Shown here in pieces: positions 63,481 through 64,000 of a stretch of DNA of 64,000 nucleotides (position 1 is the first letter of the stretch; each line of letters starts with the position of its first letter). The translations under genes were made by a program, and so were the position numbers. Source of the stretch: a virus (taxonomy: Duplodnaviria > Caudoviricetes); IMG/VR virus record IMGVR_UViG_3300017700_000723, positions 466-64,465 of that record; one strand, 5' to 3'. The notes under the pieces are model-generated. The model searched no databases. It was not told the DNA's origin and saw only the letters and a list, made by a program, of their open reading frames with translations.

Positions 63481-63981
63481 TCACTGCGCCTTGTAGATCG
63501 CGGCCGCGTCGTTGAGCGACAGCGAGTTGAGGATGGACTTCACCTCGGGTTTCGAGGCGATGTGGGCGATGACGCGCTGCTGTTCGGCCTCGCCCTTCGC
63601 TTTGATGCCGTACAGTTTGCCGTCCGTCTTGAGGAACATCACCTTGGCGGCGAGGTCGCGCTTCACGGTCTTCGCGAGGTCGTCGTCCCACACTTGACCG
63701 TGGCAGATGTATTCCAGCGTCTGCTTGAAGCTGCCCTCCATACCGTGTCCGTAGGGGACTTCCGGGAAGGTCTCGCCGATCTGCTTGTTAAGCAGCTCCA
63801 GCCGACCGTAGAGCTCGTTGCCAGTCACACCCTTCGGAGGATGCTCCATGTCGCAGCCGCCGTGGCCGTGGTTCGAGACGTGGCAGAACAGCACGTCGTC
63901 CACGTAGACGTCCGCAGTGTAGGCCGGTGTCTCTTCCGAGAGGCTTTTGAGCAGCTTGATCTTCCTGAGTTCGATCTTCAT
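63481..63981 (-). CDS. hypothetical early protein
   Basis: GGAGA RBS; ETPAYTADVYVD...N.GHGG motif. Confidence 0.7.
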   Translation of the reverse strand: MKIELRKIKLLKSLSEETPAYTADVYVDDVLFCHVSNHGHGGCDMEHPPKGVTGNELYGRLELLNKQIGETFPEVPYGHGMEGSFKQTLEYICHGQVWDDDLAKTVKRDLAAKVMFLKTDGKLYGIKAKGEAEQQRVIAHIASKPEVKSILNSLSLNDAAAIYKAQ

Positions 63982-64000
63982 GACAGTGTCTCCGTTGTTC

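Noticed and set aside
1-64000. Many long overlapping or antisense ORFs in the six-frame track (e.g. 2188..3960, 16625..18778, 27216..28904, 31639..34185, 46889..48646)
   Set aside because: They are shadows of real genes in a high-GC genome with few stops; their translations are Arg/Gly/Pro-rich with no motifs or RBS.
1-64000. Possible depletion of GANTC (CcrM) or other restriction sites
   Set aside because: Several GANTC sites are visible, and depletion cannot be judged without a k-mer count against a Markov model.

Overview
The window looks like a complete or nearly complete ~64 kb, high-GC siphovirus genome with a YuA/M6-like layout. The host is most likely an alphaproteobacterium (inferred from a GapR/DUF2312 gene, a permuted alpha-type tmRNA, and GTA-like tail-tip genes). 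The minus strand from 1.2 to 34.4 kb carries, from right to left: primase-helicase, terminases, portal, head, connector, tail (with a -1 frameshift chaperone) and lysis genes. The plus strand from 34.6 to 60.3 kb carries replication and nucleotide-metabolism genes (Cas4-like nuclease, SSB, PolA, HD hydrolase, SNF2 helicase, resolvase, HIRAN). Small early genes point inward from both window edges. I saw no integrase, CRISPR array, IS element or tRNA. The main findings are: (1) an apparent pre-replicative cytosine-modification (probably 5mC) module of an MBD4-like T:G glycosylase, an NTP-pyrophosphatase/dNMP-kinase fusion, a thymidylate-synthase homolog with the dCMP-specifying Asp, and a DHFR-like gene; (2) a complete circularly permuted two-piece tmRNA with tag ANDNTPAQDFRVAA; (3) a small ORF carrying isolated PolA-like motifs; (4) one ~125-aa domain inserted in three different virion proteins; (5) a four-member HTH-like paralog family and a repeat array upstream of the small terminase. 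All family assignments come from recognising motifs by eye; no database searches were run.
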